64,000 nt of DNA from Podarcis muralis (taxonomy: Eukaryota). Shown piece after piece: positions 14,801-27,615 of this stretch. The first letter of the stretch is position 1. Each line of letters begins with the position of its first letter. The stretch lies in the NCBI RefSeq assembly GCF_964188315.1, contig NC_135671.1, positions 1,116,001 to 1,180,000 of the forward strand, read 5' to 3'. The position numbers and the translations under genes were made by a program. Under the pieces are notes generated by a model. The model was not told where the DNA came from. It ran no database searches and saw only the letters and a program-made list of their open reading frames with translations.

Positions 14801-16171
14801 TCAAGTCTTTGCTCCACTTACAGAAGTCATTTCCATGTTATTCATTTGGGTTTCATGGAAGCCGCCATCTGACATAACTTCCTCTTCCGCTTCTTCATCA
14901 GCTGTAGCAACATTTCTACGTTTAAACAACTAGAGAGAGATATGCAGAGAAATTACAGAGTTACAACTAACAATGTTTATACATTGAGAGAATATAACCA
15001 AAGATAATGATTTAATAAACACTATATATAAATAATAAAGTGGGGCCACAGATCAGCGAATTCCTGGACTCCCATGTCCCAATCCGACACGCTACATCAC
15101 ACAATGTCAGAGTAAAACACTCTTGTGGGGAAGGTCCACATATCATCTTGTTTCAGCTGTGGCGAGTTAGGCTGCAAAATAAGGCAGTAGCGGATGCTGT
15201 TTTGCCAACCACCCAGCGTTCAGCATGGTATGAATTCAGAGAAATGATAGTCCGAACACTCTTGTGCTCAGATAATAGTGAGGAAAGGAGAGCTGGCGCC
15301 CAAAATATCGCTGACTTGAGGAGCGGAGATGACGACACACTGGGAGATCTTTATGTACATCCAAGGAAGGCAGCTTCCATCAGCCTCTGTGTTTCGTCTC
15401 TGTTGGAGCTGCTAGACTGGTCTGACAGGGTAGCCTCCTTTGGGATAGTCTTACTACAGCAGAAGTCAGTCACTTCATCAATGAGCCCATGCAGGTTCCG
15501 CAGTGGTCTTGCCATGCTCAGTCTATACAGAAATGTGTGAAACAAGGCACAGAGGCAGGAGGCAGGGTGTATAAACATGAGAATCCCAAAGGCTACATCA
15601 GAGGCAGAAGAAGGTGGTGGCTGGTGTCCAAGAATGAATCAAAGCAAGACTTGATGAAACTTGTTGTTTAAATTTATTATTAATTGATGTCATTACTTTC
15701 TATTGTTGTTTTATGATTACAAAGTAATGCTGTATGCTTAGTAGGGTATGTTTTATCCAGGGAAACACGTGCTTTTTATTCAAACGTAGGTTTATCAAGC
15801 TAAATGTTGTCCAATCACAAAAATAACAGCAGGTTTGAATTCCTCACGCACAAAAACGTATTTTTAAGACCCCTCACTGAATAAATTTGCAAAAGTAAAT
15901 TTGCAAAAATTATGTTTCACGCTCTAAAATGGTATGCCCTACTCCCCTGTCCATCCAAACACCCATTGGGTAACACCCAAGCCAAGAGATCCTGCAATTG
16001 AATATGGGATTTATCAAATTCATTGGCTCTAGAGGAGCGTACCTGCTCCTCTCGTTTCTGCTTCCGTAGCTGGAGGCCCTCTTCCTCCCGCCGGCGGCGC
16101 ATTTCATCAGGATTCAGAGACTTGTTTTTATAGCTCTTCAGTCGGAAATTCTCTTTTCCTGAAGTTGTCAT
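2652..16171 (-). CDS. KPNA1: Importin subunit alpha-5 (karyopherin alpha 1), 13 coding exons, 538 aa
   Basis: Exons (minus): 16043-16171, 14822-14929, 13431-13530, 12007-12101, 10404-10535, 9435-9523, 8575-8674, 8079-8242, 7675-7753, 5163-5288, 4489-4616, 3411-3589, 2652-2839. All are GT-AG with compatible phases; total 1617 nt = 538 aa + stop. IBB domain [46 protein letters not shown] repeats and C-terminus [12 protein letters not shown] match vertebrate KPNA1 as recalled. Confidence 0.97.
3411..3589 (-). CDS. KPNA1: KPNA1 coding exon 12
   Basis: tcag|G+[59 protein letters not shown]+G|gtaagg. Confidence 0.96.
3676..4024 (-). mobile_element. Sauria-type SINE
   Basis: tRNA-like head gggacatgggtggcgctgtgggttaaaccacagagcc, (accttt)n tail; perfect 15-bp TSD tggcatcttggttaa at 3661-3675 and 4025-4039. 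Confidence 0.92.
4489..4616 (-). CDS. KPNA1: KPNA1 coding exon 11
   Basis: tcag|[42 protein letters not shown]+AA|gtaagt. Confidence 0.96.
5163..5288 (-). CDS. KPNA1: KPNA1 coding exon 10
   Basis: ccag|[42 protein letters not shown]|gtaatg. Confidence 0.96.
6768..7280 (+). mobile_element. Possible LTR-like element
   Basis: Starts TGT, internal aataaa at about 7180, ends ACA; no TSD identified. Confidence 0.3.
7675..7753 (-). CDS. KPNA1: KPNA1 coding exon 9
   Basis: ttag|G+[26 protein letters not shown]|gtataa. Confidence 0.95.
8079..8242 (-). CDS. KPNA1: KPNA1 coding exon 8
   Basis: gtag|[54 protein letters not shown]+AT|gtaagg. Confidence 0.96.
8575..8674 (-). CDS. KPNA1: KPNA1 coding exon 7
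   Basis: tcag|A+[33 protein letters not shown]|gtagga. Confidence 0.96.
9435..9523 (-). CDS. KPNA1: KPNA1 coding exon 6
   Basis: tcag|[29 protein letters not shown]+CA|gtaagt. Confidence 0.96.
10404..10535 (-). CDS. KPNA1: KPNA1 coding exon 5
   Basis: ccag|[44 protein letters not shown]|gttagt. Confidence 0.95.
12007..12101 (-). CDS. KPNA1: KPNA1 coding exon 4
   Basis: atag|(E)[31 protein letters not shown]|gtatgt. Confidence 0.95.
12412..12772 (-). mobile_element. Sauria-type SINE
   Basis: Homologous to 3676-4024 along its length. Confidence 0.88.
13431..13530 (-). CDS. KPNA1: KPNA1 coding exon 3
   Basis: gcag|[33 protein letters not shown]+G|gtgagt. Confidence 0.95.
14498..14633. mobile_element. 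Palindromic hAT MITE
   Basis: TIRs cagtgttccccaaccttggg / cccaaggttggggaacactg; perfect 8-bp TSD ttttacag. Confidence 0.92.
14822..14929 (-). CDS. KPNA1: KPNA1 coding exon 2
   Basis: ctag|[36 protein letters not shown]|gtaagt. Confidence 0.95.
16043..16171 (-). CDS. KPNA1: KPNA1 first coding exon (IBB domain)
   Basis: Acceptor tttag 5 nt before ATG (16171); [10 protein letters not shown]...REEQ; donor CAG|gtacgc. Confidence 0.96.
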
Positions 16172-19100
16172 GATTTCTAAACAGCAATGTAATTAGAAAG
16201 AAAATATGGGTCAAAGGAGCATTTTCTGTTCTGTTCTTTTGTTCAATTGAATTTTTTATTGGCTTTAGCAATGCCAATAGATTTCTTTCCAACCCCACAA
16301 GAGATATAACATGTTAAAGGCAGGTATCAAGAGAGTAACTCTAGCTCAGCAAGTTCATTTGGCTAAGACGAACAGCAGATTAAAATAATAATTCTGATGA
16401 AGATATAATCTCAAAGTGTGGTGTCAAACATACAGGGATAAAGGCAGAAGATCTGCACTTGGGTCAATTCTTCTGCGGAACTCTTTATTAAGGCCCCGTA
16501 AGTACCCCAACAGTGTTTGTAGGGAATTTCCTAATTCCTGGCCAGAGTAACCTCAAAGAGGCAAAAATTTAATATTCTTCCCGCAACATTTATTTGAATC
16601 ATTATGGTAGAGAGAAGTTACAACAGGCGTCCCCAGACTGACTTTACACACACTTCCCGCCACTTACTTTTTTAGGTTTCTATCTAAATGTATCACCTCT
16701 AATAGTGGCAGCTGTTGAAAACTATTCCTTGCTGGCAGATTAAATTGCTAAATGGGTTCGGAAAAAGTGTTTGTTCCTATGCAAGTGCTTCCAAGCGTTT
16801 GAAGGTAGCAAGCAGTGGAGAAAAACAACTTTATAGCTTTTTAGGAGTAAGAGTGAATATAGATGTCAGATTAAGTGTCAGTTCTGGCTCCCCTTGAAGT
16901 CCACGTGGCTTCAGCAGAAAGTCTTTGCTCTACTGGCATAGAACCTATCCCCAAATAACAAACAAGACAGCAAAAATTCTGTTCAGTATTTTAGCTCATA
17001 TTTGCCCTAATTTGTGTATTCACTTAAGTCCAGTAATTCTGGTCCCACTGATTTAATAACCTTGGTTGAAATTATTTTTACACCCAGTTATGAGCAAACA
17101 TGAGACATGTAAATGGAATTAAGTTAAACTGAGATCATGTTATTGTGATTAAGCTGGTAGATTAACAGTGTTAGACTTTTCCCACATCATGAATTTCATT
17201 TGTAGAGGGTTCTTGTAAGTCACTCCTACCACCACTCACAGAGCAGTATGACCCAGACATGGAGAGTAGTCAGTCAGCTGCAAAGGGAAGAGGCCGATTT
17301 TGCCTTTCCTGGCAATCATCTCTTTTCGACTCCACCCCTGCCTGCCCCAATGCGCACTGCAATGCATCATTCCATTCTCAGAGGAACATGCTCTGCAGGC
17401 AGCAAGGGGGAAATTTCATTTCCAGGAGAAGCAGACGCCAGTTTCAAATGAGAGCTAAATATTCTCACGGTTGCAACTGTGTCACAAGTTGTCCACGTGT
17501 TATTGTGGTGTGCAAAAGTCCTTCATCCACATCTAAGGGGCTCAGCTTTGGAGACAAGTCATTTTGAGATAGCTCAAAAGATACAAACATGCTGGACTCA
17601 ATTGTGTTCTGATCCATCATCAATGCAGCTGCTCTTATCCTCCCCTTCACCATGCAAACCCAGTTGAAAAAATCTCTAGATGTCAGGCTATGTGGCATCT
17701 GGTACCCTCAGCTGAAGCAGGAGGGTACGAAAGGGAAGATGTACTGTGCATTCCAATGCTTTCCCTACATACCCGTTCCATAAAATGGCAATGTTACATT
17801 TGCTGCTATATCTCTTAGTTGAACAGACTGAGACATTATCAAGTTCAAGAGAAACATGCTCAAAGAATTACCAGGGAAGTCTAAAATCATCATAATTAGT
17901 TTCAAAAAATAAGATTTCAAAAATGCAAGGAGATTTAAAATAAGGAAACTAAAAGGGAGAGTCAGAAGGGGAAAATATGTTCAGAAAATCTAGAGGTTGT
18001 CTTAAACATTATCTTAGGAGTTGATTATATAGCCAAGTCTAAGACGATACCAACATGTTTCAATAGCACCACTAGGGAAACTCTTGTTTTTAAAGGCAAG
18101 AATGCTTCCTTTAAAAATGCAGAAGTCTTGTCCAAATGGGAATTTAAAAAGAAAAGCAGAGACTCTGGAAAAACCAATATAAACTGATAAGGCACAGGAG
18201 GAATTTGTGCAAGTTGCTATAAAGCTGGTAAGAACAGATAATAAACTTTTCTTAAAATAACTCAGAAGGAGGCTAGCAAGAGTGAAAAGGAACATTAAGT
18301 GACAAAGGAACCGAACTATTACTGAAGGAGGACAAAGAAATGAAGTGAATTCACTGCAGAAAATATTGGGACAGATTCTCACACCTGAATCACTGGTCAG
18401 AAGCAGTGAATCTTCTCAAACAGAGGTGATAAAGGATGTGCTTCAGAACTAATTGACAAGAAAGGAAAGGAAAAGAAGAACTAATTGACAACTTAAAATC
18501 AATGAGGCTGCATCGTTTTGGTAGTGCCTGAATACAAGACCACCTGGGGATTCTACATACACCCATCACATTGAGTTCCATGATGGGAGAAATGGGAGAT
18601 ATAAATATACCTATACAGTCAAAGCAGACAAACTACATGAATTTAGCGGAAGCTGTCCTGTTTGTTTATATTTAATAAATTTCTATGCCACCCTTCATCT
18701 GAGGGTCACAAGGCAGCTTACAATATAAAAACAGAAAAAAATACATTATTAATAAGGGGTATTCTTATTATTATCCCCCCCACCCCACAACAATCAATCA
18801 GCATTTCATGGCTTCTGTGAATGCTGAGTCTTCATTGTGTTCCTTGGCAGGAGCTTCCCCAAAGCTTCTTCTTCCTAATTTCCCCCCAGTCCTTCAGCAA
18901 AATTCAGGTTCCCCTGAACCTGCTGAAACCTTTCCCCTTGTGTGTGGATTTTGCTTACATAAGGACCAGCATCAAGGGAACAGTTTGGTACATTAGTACA
19001 TAGAAGAAGGACCTCACAACAAAATGCCATAGCGTATTAACACTTAATATAGTGTAGAGAGCTGCTATAAGCTACCCTGCCTCAGCACAGTTCTCCATCC

Positions 19101-19571
19101 CTTGACAGGTGTATAACCGTGAGCTACACTGCAGGGTTTTTGGGTCCTGCTCTCCAAGCCTAACCTGCAGCGTGGGGGGAGAGGCAATGGATAACACGGC
19201 AGCACAGCTTTAAATTGCTATTTCAGCTTCAGCCCAAACTTCAATAAGGGGTTTAATAATGTCTGGACAAGACTGCAGCATTGCTGCAAAGCCTGAGCTG
19301 CAGTATTCAGTGTGAGCCAGTCTATCACGAGCCACTCTCTTCTAGCAACAGCCCTTGCAATTTGGGGGCAATGGATTGCATCTCCTTTGAATTTTGCATT
19401 GGCAATAGTGGGCATTTTTAAAGCATGTTTCACACCAAGAATTTGGAATCAGTCAGAACTCCCCCCGCCCCCGAGTGTGTGTGCTGGTGGTGGACACATA
19501 TGATCCATCCCAGCTACTTTACAATCTTGGATTTCTCCACTGACGTATACGGGCAGCTCTCCTCAAAAATA

Positions 19572-19803
19572 CCACATTTTTCGCTCTATAAGACACACCA
19601 GACCATAAGACGCACCTAGTTTTTGGAGGAGGAAAACAAGAAAAAAAATATTCTGAATCTCAGAAGCCAGAACGACAAGAGGGATCTTGCTGTTGTGGCT
19701 TCTGGGATAGCTGCACAGCCTGCATTCGCTCCATAAGATGCACACACATTTCCCCTTACTTTTTAGGAGGGAAAAAGTGAGTCTTATAGAGCAAAAAATA
19801 CAG
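19572..19803 (+). mobile_element. Tc1/mariner-superfamily (pogo-like) MITE
   Basis: TIRs cc(g/a)(t/c)atttttcgctctataagac / gtcttatagagcaaaaaatacag; TA TSD. Confidence 0.88.
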
Positions 19804-20884
19804 TAGCTTCTCTGTGTGAACCTGGAAGTGACCTATCCAGACACTTACTTATTCCCTTTGTATCTATCTATGTTCCTGTCCTCCTGCCCCAGTTGCACTG
19901 CTCCATTCCCTACGCCCAGCCTGCTAGCAGTTTCCCCCTCTTAGCCTTCTGTGACTCTGAGTTATTACAGGCTGCTTTGGAGGGTGGTGTGTGTGTCTCC
20001 CCCATTATGGTTTCTGCCCTCCCTCCAGATATTCTTGAACGTCTGCATATCTTGGGGTTACCCTGAGTCTCCGGACACCACTCACTGGGTACTACAGTTT
20101 TGGCTCTATAGGCAAAAAAAAAATTCAAACGTTTATTAGAAGCAAAGACAACAATGGTTTTTACATTCATGGAAACAAGCCATCTTGTTTCCCAAAGCCC
20201 TGTGTTGGAGCATGTGCCATCCAACTTTAATAAATGAACTGGTGTCAGGGGTGGGCAATAAGAACTTTACTGATACCAAATTATTCAGGATGATCAAAAG
20301 CCCAGCAGCCATTGAGAAGAACATCACAACCATCTTCCAAGCTGGGTGAACGAGCAACAAAATGTCAGCTTAAATCCAATGTAAGTTTACAAAGTAATGC
20401 AAACTAGGGCAAAAAAATTTTAATTTCACATATAACCTGATGCGACAGGGGTCAAAATTGGTTGTTACTACCAAGGAAAGAAATGTTATGGTCTTAGTGG
20501 ACAACTTAGTGATCAAGAGCAGGGACTTAAATAGAAAACTATCTTTAGAAAGATTTTTCCTCCAAAAGCATTTTATTTTAAAAATCCAATTTAAATTAAA
20601 AAAAAACTGATTTAAATAAAAAAAATCCATTATTTTAAAATAATAGATTTTTATCACCCTGTTGACAGCTGCTTTTACACCCTACAAAACCCCAAAGCAG
20701 GACCAAAGTTTTGGGATCAGTCCACTGTACTCAGGTCCATTTCAGATAAGGCCTGCTTCACTTTGAAGGAGGCTGAAATACCTCTATAGCTGCCTCCTTT
20801 GGTTTGACATTCAGCTTCATTGAAAGTGGATGCAGAGCCTTGCTATGTTTCTGTTAATGCATATGACAAATGCATTAGCTTTCA

Positions 20885-21800
20885 CAACAGCCACATCACA
20901 CTGCTAGCTCATGTTCACGTTGTGATCAACTAAGATACCTAGATCCTTTTCACATGCGCTGCTGCCAAGCCCACCACTTTTGCCCCTAAATGCAAGACAT
21001 TTGTCTCTGTTGAATTTCACAGTGTTGGCTTTGGCCCAGTATTCCAATCTGTCAAGACCCTTGATTCTGTCTTCTATGGTGTCAGTTATCCTTCCAAGCT
21101 TTGTGTCATCTGCAACTGGGATAAACATCCCCTCAATGCCCTCACCCTAGTCATTTATAAAGATGTTCAACAGCACAAAAGCAAGCACAGAGTCATGTTT
21201 ATAAGCACTTGCTGGGTCCAGCTGTGGAGCCACCTAACAGTAGTATCATCCAGCTCACATTTTATCATCTTGTCAGCAAGCGTACCACGGGAAACTCTCT
21301 TAAATCCTTTGCTGAAATAATGATAATGTTATGCCCAGAACGTTTCCATGGTCTACCAAATTAGTAACTGTCAAAAAAGGAGATGAAGTTGGTCTGACGT
21401 GACTTATGCTTGATAAACCCATGCTGGCTCCTAGAAATCAATGCATTCTTTTATCAATGCTCACGAACTTAATAAACTATAACAGAAATTTACCCAGGAA
21501 CAATGTCAAGCTGACCGATCTTCAGTTTCCCAGCCTAGCTCTTTCCTCACTTTCTGAAGACAGGGGCACTTGTCTGTCTCCAACCTTCTGGCACCTCAAC
21601 TGCCCACCACGAATCCTCAAAATTTACAGTGGCTCTGAAATAATGTCCACAAATTCTTTTGGCAGTCTTGTAATTACACCTAGTCTTTGAGACTTGAACT
21701 AGGAATCTGTTAACCATCCCCTTACCTATATTGGGCTGCAAATTCTCCCTCCTGTTGCGAATTAGATTTGCGGGCATGTATGGGGGTCTATTAGGATGGT
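20885..21800 (-). mobile_element. CR1 LINE ORF2 fragments
   Basis: ADDTKLG...WAKANTVKFNRDKC...EKDLGILVD (CR1 RT motifs), fragmented. Confidence 0.8.
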
Positions 21801-22762
21801 CCACCCCAGGGACCAATGGATCCTAAGGGGTTTTTTGGGGAGGGGGTGCTTTTGTGGATATGACTGCTGCTCCTGCCAAATTTCTGGCTGATCTGTGAAA
21901 TACCAAAATGACCTGAATAATTAACACAATTGGTTCCATGTGTCCTCCTCTCCTGTTTAACAGAGCCAAGGATGTTCCATGGTACATACTTGAGCTGAGG
22001 GCAATGAAGCAAGCTGGGAGATAACCAGAACACAAGTGGAGGAAGCTCAAGAAGAATCCAATCAAACACTAGTATAAACTCAGTATTAAGCCACCGAGGG
22101 TAAGGAAAAGGTGTTGTGGTTCTTCACCAGCTCCATTACCCCTCAGTGCAACCCAGCAGGGTTTTCCCAAGGGGTTCAAGACCTTTTAAACTCTGGCTCT
22201 ATGGATGAAATAGTAGAAGCAAGTATGTTGTTACTTGTTTGCAAAACATTTTAAGGATAAAACCACTTGCAACCACCACGACTTAGCTGTTGCTGGCCCA
22301 TCTGTGGAAATATCCAGCGTACTGTCTAATCTAGTACTGATGGCCAGTTTCAGTTGGTAGGGGATGCAGACAGGGCAACTTGGTTGGGTGTACACAACTA
22401 TGAGTTTGTTTGCCCTTCCTGGATTACTGCTTCTAGCAGCAAAGGGACAACTGGTCAGGTCCTGAAGATAATAAACCGCACCAAGAGAGGGTGAACAGGT
22501 GGCAGTGTGTCCATTCTTGAAGAAAGAATCATTGGACTTAGAATACTTTAACGAATATAGACCACTAGCTAATGTCCCTTTCCTGTGCAAAGTGCTGGAG
22601 TGTGTGGCTGCCAACCAGACCCAGCAGTCTTGGATGAATCTGATTTTCTGGGTCCATTACAGTCGGGGTTCAGGCCTGGTTTTGACAAAGAAACTATTTT
22701 GGCTGCTCTGTGGGATGACCTAGCTGTCAGGTGAGAAATAGGGGAAATGTCTCCATGTTGAT

Positions 22763-22898
22763 TAGGCTTCCTCAACCTTGGCCCTCCAGATGTTTTGAGA
22801 CTACAATTCCCAGCATCCCTGACCAATAGTCCTGCTAGCAAGGGATCATGGGAGTTGTAGGCCAAAAACATCTGGAGGGCCAAGGTTGAGGAAGCCTG
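22763..22898. mobile_element. Palindromic hAT MITE
   Basis: TIRs (t/c)aggcttcctcaacc / ggttgaggaagcctg; 8-bp TSD atgttgat; inserted into a decayed L2. Confidence 0.9.
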
Positions 22899-23838
22899 AT
22901 GTTGATCCCCGATCTCTAAGCAGCTTTCAATACCATCAACCATAGTATACTTCTGGAATGGCTATAGGGTTGGAAGGAAATGAACTGGAATGGTTTCTGC
23001 TTATACCTGGGCTGGCCAGCACAGAAGGTGGTGCAGGTGGATTTCTGTTTGATCCCATGGAATTTGCAGCATAGATTCAGGTTTTATCTTATCACCCACA
23101 CTGCTATTGATATGAAGTGAAGCCTTCCATAGTTTTGCAGTGCATTGTCATCAGGTATGTAGCAATGGGTATGCTGGATCAGTTCTTGGGCATGGCCTGA
23201 ATGATAGCCAATAAAGTGAAACTCAGTGAAGTGTAGGGGGGGGGATAATTTCTTATGTTCATTCATAATAATGAATGGATGCCAATTGCAAATACAGTAC
23301 AACACATTAGGCAATAATTGGCAGCTTCAAAGTTTTTAGCTTCATTTACTAAATAAAAGAAAAATAAACACGCTAATTAGATAACTCTCTAGGGTATCAG
23401 AAAATGTTGCGATGCAAACTGAAAAACGTTGTTATGCAAATTAGAGTAATTTGCATAGGGATATTTTCCCAGGAAAAGTCTCAAGAAAATGCACTTCACT
23501 ACTGAAATTCATTTCAGACAAGATAAAACACACCATGAATATGAAATTTCTTTGTTTCAAATACTGGTGTTTAACCTGCTCTGGACTAAAAGGAAATTCC
23601 ATACCTGCATGATGTGACAATGGTCTCTTGCTCTGATTGTGTTTCTTAAAATTATTAGACTAATTCATGGTCTAGCAGTGGCTATCAACTAGAATAATTA
23701 AATTGAATTATTGTGCTCAGAGGGATGGTACTGGAAAGTACTTGTTTTCATGCCCTCTTGTGAGCTTCCAGAAGCATCCAACAGGCTATTTTTTGAGAGG
23801 CTTGATGGGCTGCTGGCAGGATCCAGCAATCATCAGAA

Positions 23839-23957
23839 TGGCTCAGTGGGTACAGGATGAGACCTTTAATCTCAGGGTCATGGGTTTGAGCCCCACACTG
23901 GGAAGGGGGTTGGACTAGATGACCCTTGTGGTCCCTTCCAACTCTACAATTCTATGA
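23839..23957 (+). mobile_element. tRNA(Lys-like)-headed SINE with CR1-type 3' end
   Basis: gctcag...ttaatctcagggtcatgggtttgagccccac head followed by ggttggactagatgaccc...ttccaactctacaattctatga. Confidence 0.7.
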
Positions 23958-26900
23958 TATTTCATGCTGTTGCTAGGAAGACTTGCATGTGTGAATAACT
24001 TAAGTTACCCACAAAACAAAGACACACACACAAACACACACTGGACAATGTTTTAAATGATCCCTGATCTAATTGAGATGCAGCGATAAGCTACTGGCAA
24101 TATTCACCCACCAGTGTTGTGCAAATTCATGGCCAGCAACTTCTTTTCTGCTCTGCAATGGCCTTGTGAAGCTAAGACATGCTGGGTGTTATGGCTACGC
24201 TCAGGGGATAACTCAGGGATAAGTGCATTTAGTTCATATACAGCACTACAAACTATAGACAGTCTTCAAATCAGAAATCCATTACTTACTTTCATCATAC
24301 TTATTTTGAAGCTTTTGCTTAAAATTCACCGAAAAAGGCCAGTAGCTACTTTAAATATTTAGGAAAATATTTTTTAATGTACAAACCGAGGTTCAAATTC
24401 AATCACAAATTGTAGACCCTGAACATTCCTTCTTCAGTGTCACTGAGTTAAAGCAAAATGATTGTTTGTGCACTGTTTTGGTGGACTCAACACAGTTAAG
24501 AAACTGAAAGCACTTTTCTAAAAAGCCCCCAAACAATTGGTTGTTCCTTTGTATTGAGATCTTGTTCGTGATTAAGAGCTCCCACATTTTGCAGGTGAAC
24601 TTATGCCCTTTTATCTTTAAGTTAGCTACCGGTAAATTTCAGCAGCAATCAGTAACAATATAATTCAATTCCCTTCTAATTTCTGCCACAGTTTGTGTCT
24701 GAACACCCTAACAGAATGTGTGGTTCAACTGGTATAAAACAGCTAGTGATCCCATTAATACATTGGAATATACATGCCTGATATCATTTAGCCTTTGGAC
24801 ATTGATAGCTAAGATTTGTCTAATTGTACCAGTAGTGGTCTGACACATTTCTGATTTATATTATGACTGGGATATACTGTACCACCTTGCTATATAATCC
24901 CGAGAAAAAGAGATTTACCTAAAGTTGTTTGAGGAAGAAACCTTTGGGTCTATGTACCTCTACCTCAATTTGTGTTTCTATGTCCTGAAACAATCAAACT
25001 ACATAGGATGGTGTGGGACCCTAACAGGTTATATGACCAAGATAGTTCTTTTCGATTGGCTAAATTGTTTGTCAAGAAGTTTGCAAACTCAGTAAGGCTC
25101 TACAGACATTAGCCAAGTGATGTAGTTGTATATACCGATAACCTATTTAAATTTAATCTTGACCTCCCTCTTTAAAAGATGCCTGTCCATCAGTTTTTTA
25201 AAACCTTGCAACTATTTCCCCCCAATAATTTAAAGAATCTACAAGCCAAACAGGTCTAAAATAGGCTTATCCTAAAAAGGCGGAAACTGGTAAGATTCCA
25301 GAATTTTATACTAGCTACCTCAGTCAGATTGTCAAGGCTTAGACCATGTAAGCATAGCTTGAATTGTTTGGCATCTACTTTTGTGCTTCTTTTCCAGAGA
25401 AAACCCATCACTCTATAGAGAACAATTTGTGAGAGCATTACTCCTGTACAGCCTCCCCCCCCCCCTTTATGTGGAAGACATCAGGATATAAAATATGTGG
25501 CACTCATATCCTGAGCTTTTCTTCACCCTCACTAATAGCTTCTGCCAGTCACTCAATGATTCATTGTAACTACTGCTTAGGGAATAAATATATAAATTTG
25601 GACAAAATACTAATTTTCCCTGGTTGCACCCTCATCAACTATGACACATTTGGCTTTCCCCAGTCTGCCGTATCCTTTTAAACTGAGCACATCAATATAA
25701 TATGCTTAATCAAGTCCCTATACAATTACAACCCCAAAATGTTTCCAAGTATTTACCATTCCTTCCCATTTGTATTGGAAATGTGATATTAACAATGCAG
25801 TTCTATGTCTACTTTATGTTTTTATTATTTTGCTCTGTAAAATATGCTTTTAATGTAGTAAACCACCCTGGGATGTTTTGATAGAGGACAGTATATAAAT
25901 TGAATAAATAATAATAAATACTCAGCCCCCATAGACTTAAATGGGACTTACTTCCAGGTAAGGCCTCCTGAACCTCCCTTTAAATGTGTACTGCCAGCAT
26001 CTCAGCCTTTGGACAGTGCACTTTTAACACCTGAACCTTAATTATATTGTGAAGTTACCCTCTGATGTGCTAGCAAAGAAGATTGTGGGTTTGTCACAAG
26101 AATACTACCGTCTGCAAACAAGAGGATTTTCTGGTTTATCTGCCCCATTTTGGGGCTGCTGTATTATTGACTCCTCCCCTACGGCTTGTGCCTAAGGTTC
26201 CACTGTCAATGCAAAAAATAAGTATAAAAATGTAGAGGAGATACCTCTGACCTATGCTAAAGTCACAAGATCTATGGTTCGATCCCTTCCCATGACTAGT
26301 TTTCTATGCTTTGGGCCCTGAGACTAGATAAGGTGTACTAGATAAGGGTGTGTCTCCACTACCAATTAGAAACGAGGGCAAATATACCCAAAATAAGAAA
26401 AGGAAAATGGAGCCTTAACTCTTCCAACAGGTAGAACTTACACTTGAAATGCACAGGTTCAATCCCCAAATCAAAGGGCTTCACTTGGGCCTTGGACAGA
26501 GCCCACTAGCCTGACAGTATGAAAGCTCCCCACATCTCTACGCACGGATCCTGAGAAGTTCGGGAGACCGTCTGAAGAGCTCAGCAGAAGCAAGTCACGG
26601 TTTTCTTACAGGAGATCCTCTCGCTTTAAAGCCTAAACGATTTCCGTGCAGTAGGAGTGCTGGGAAAGGGCCTTTGCCCCGTTCCCCCAGAAGCCCTAAA
26701 GAGAGACACTGGCCACCAGTCGCAGAAAAGCATCACTAATGTCTTGATCATCACTATTATTTATTAAATCTGTATCCCACCCCTCATTCAAAGATCTCAA
26801 GGCGGTTCACACACACAAAAAACCCCACAAGAAAATAAAACACCTAATAAAAAAAACAATAACAAACCAAATGTGGAATAGCTCAGTTGAGGCAGAGCAT

Positions 26901-27087
26901 TAATCTCAGGGTTGCGGGTTTGAGCAGAATCTTCCTAATTATTGTGCTTAGAGGGATGGTACCGGAAAGCACTTTTTAAAGAGATGGCCATAATTTTCAT
27001 GGCCTCTTGTGAGCTTCCAGAAGCATCCAACTGGCTATTTCTTCAGAGGCTTGATGGGCTGCTGGCCGGATCCAGCAATGATCAGAC

Positions 27088-27223
27088 TGGCTCAGCGGGT
27101 ACAGGATGAGAGTCTTAATCTCAGGGTCCTGAGTCTGAGCCCCACAATGGGCCAAAGATTCCTGCCTTGGAGGGGGTCGGACTAGATGACCCTCGTGCGG
27201 TCCCTTCCCCCCCTACCATTCTA
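27088..27223 (+). mobile_element. tRNA-headed SINE with CR1-type 3' end
   Basis: Paralogous to 23839-23957. Confidence 0.7.
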
Positions 27224-27420
27224 AGAAGCCCCACATTTATGAAGGGCTGGGTAGACCAATGGTCAGACCTGGGAGCTTCAAAAAAGCATCTCCGGGCGAG
27301 CGCTTCCAAAACACCCTCGCGGCCCAAGGAAGGGCAACGTACCCAGCCCCCAAAGACCCCTCAAAATGAGGCGAAGTGGAAGCAGCAGCTCCCTGTGGCA
27401 CTTGCCCTGCCTGCCTGCCC

Positions 27421-27580
27421 AGCCCCGCACCATTTCCCACAGCCACTTCTGACACGCATCTCCCCACTGCTGTCAAACATACACGCCCCTTTCAGAAGAC
27501 CCTCGGGGGTGACGACCCGCGTCTCCCATCAAAAAAGAACCTTTGCTTTGACAGGAAGGCAGGCAGGCAGGCAAGGCGTA

Positions 27581-27615
<35 letters not shown>

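Noticed and set aside
23839-27223. tRNA-Lys-like sequences as tRNA genes (also 26878-26925, 45556-45645, 55297-55428)
   Set aside because: Degenerate cloverleaves fused to a CR1-type tail or truncated; they are SINE heads.
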